Assembly: GCA_963666115.2 (NCBI GenBank)
Contig: CAXXET010000008.1
Coordinates: 176,118-240,117 of the forward strand
Direction: 5' to 3'
DNA length: 64,000 nt
From: Dehalococcoidia bacterium
GTDB lineage: Bacteria > Chloroflexota > Dehalococcoidia > UBA6926
The notes under the pieces were generated by a model. It was not told the DNA's origin, searched no databases, and saw only the letters and a program-made list of their open reading frames with translations. The stretch's first letter is position 1; each line of letters opens with the position of its first letter. Positions 63,465 to 64,000 of the stretch are shown one piece after another. Both the position numbers and the translations under genes were made by a program.

Positions 63465-64000
63465 TTCCGGAAATCCTCCGCGAATGACATGTACGGCACC
63501 TCAGAGTGTTTCCCGCCCGACTTTTCCAGCAGTTCCATCAATTCCATGAATCGCTCCCACATTCCACCATCAACACCAGGTGGTTCCCCTGCGAACAAGC
63601 CATCGAGGCGAGTTCTGTCGTAGTCGTTCCAGGCTGGCTCCAGCGCCCACTGAATGAGCGCTTCGCACGTGATCTCCAGGAGAAACGCGTTGCGCCCTTG
63701 ATTCCTATCGTCGGGGTCCGCTGTAGATAATTCCCTGTGCGTCGCGTAGTTGGATGGGAACTGCAATTCCAGCACGCCATCGACGTCAATGAGTTGCCAG
63801 CGCGGCAAATCCTCCACCTCCATCTGCCTCAGCATAAAGGGCAATGCATCTTGATTCGGCGGGTCGGCCTCGATGTACAAGGTATGTGAGGCAGATGCAG
63901 GATCGATGCTCTCGTCAACTGCGCGCAGATCCGCGTTGAGTACGTGCCGCCCCGGCGTTACCGCGATGTGGATTGCGTCGCCATCTGGCGGGGGCATGTT
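63419..64000 (-). CDS. hypothetical protein, probably 5'-truncated by window edge
   Basis: Open frame to the window edge; lower GC. Confidence 0.55.
   Translation of the reverse strand, partial: NMPPPDGDAIHIAVTPGRHVLNADLRAVDESIDPASASHTLYIEADPPNQDALPFMLRQMEVEDLPRWQLIDVDGVLELQFPSNYATHRELSTADPDDRNQGRNAFLLEITCEALIQWALEPAWNDYDRTRLDGLFAGEPPGVDGGMWERFMELMELLEKSGGKHSEVPYMSFAEDFRKCSAHMMRMYEESSH

Overview
High-GC bacterial chromosome segment, most likely Chloroflexota (Dehalococcoidia/SAR202-like; inferred from 16S features and gene content). Core genes, mostly on the minus strand: a stand-alone 16S rRNA gene (own promoter and processing stem, no 23S/5S), the full F1Fo atp operon with two HAD hydrolases inserted, rex, sbcC, gnd-zwf-pgl-GH15, hisS, fabI, tRNA-Glu (intact plus near-complete duplicate) and tRNA-Pro. 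Accessory hot spots between them hold six PaREP1/HEPN-like genes, intact and eroded toxin-antitoxin modules, GmrSD, NYN and three retropepsin-like proteases. Many of these have a -10 box 6 nt before the ATG (leaderless), and a family of co-oriented REP-like palindromes is scattered throughout. Best candidates for new biology: (1) an intact terminase-portal operon with no capsid, tail or integrase in the window and a LexA-like box in its promoter; (2) 30-77 bp relic copies of gene ends 1-2.5 kb from the intact gene, two differing almost only at synonymous sites; (3) two two-gene modules pairing different enzymes (nucleotidyltransferase, PD-(D/E)XK nuclease) with homologous unknown partners; (4) an exact 23-bp-period repeat array beside the tRNA-Glu duplicate; (5) an NYN RNase gene behind a two-hairpin leader; (6) a palindromic repeat inserted in frame in fabI. 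All calls are by eye from motifs; no searches were run.
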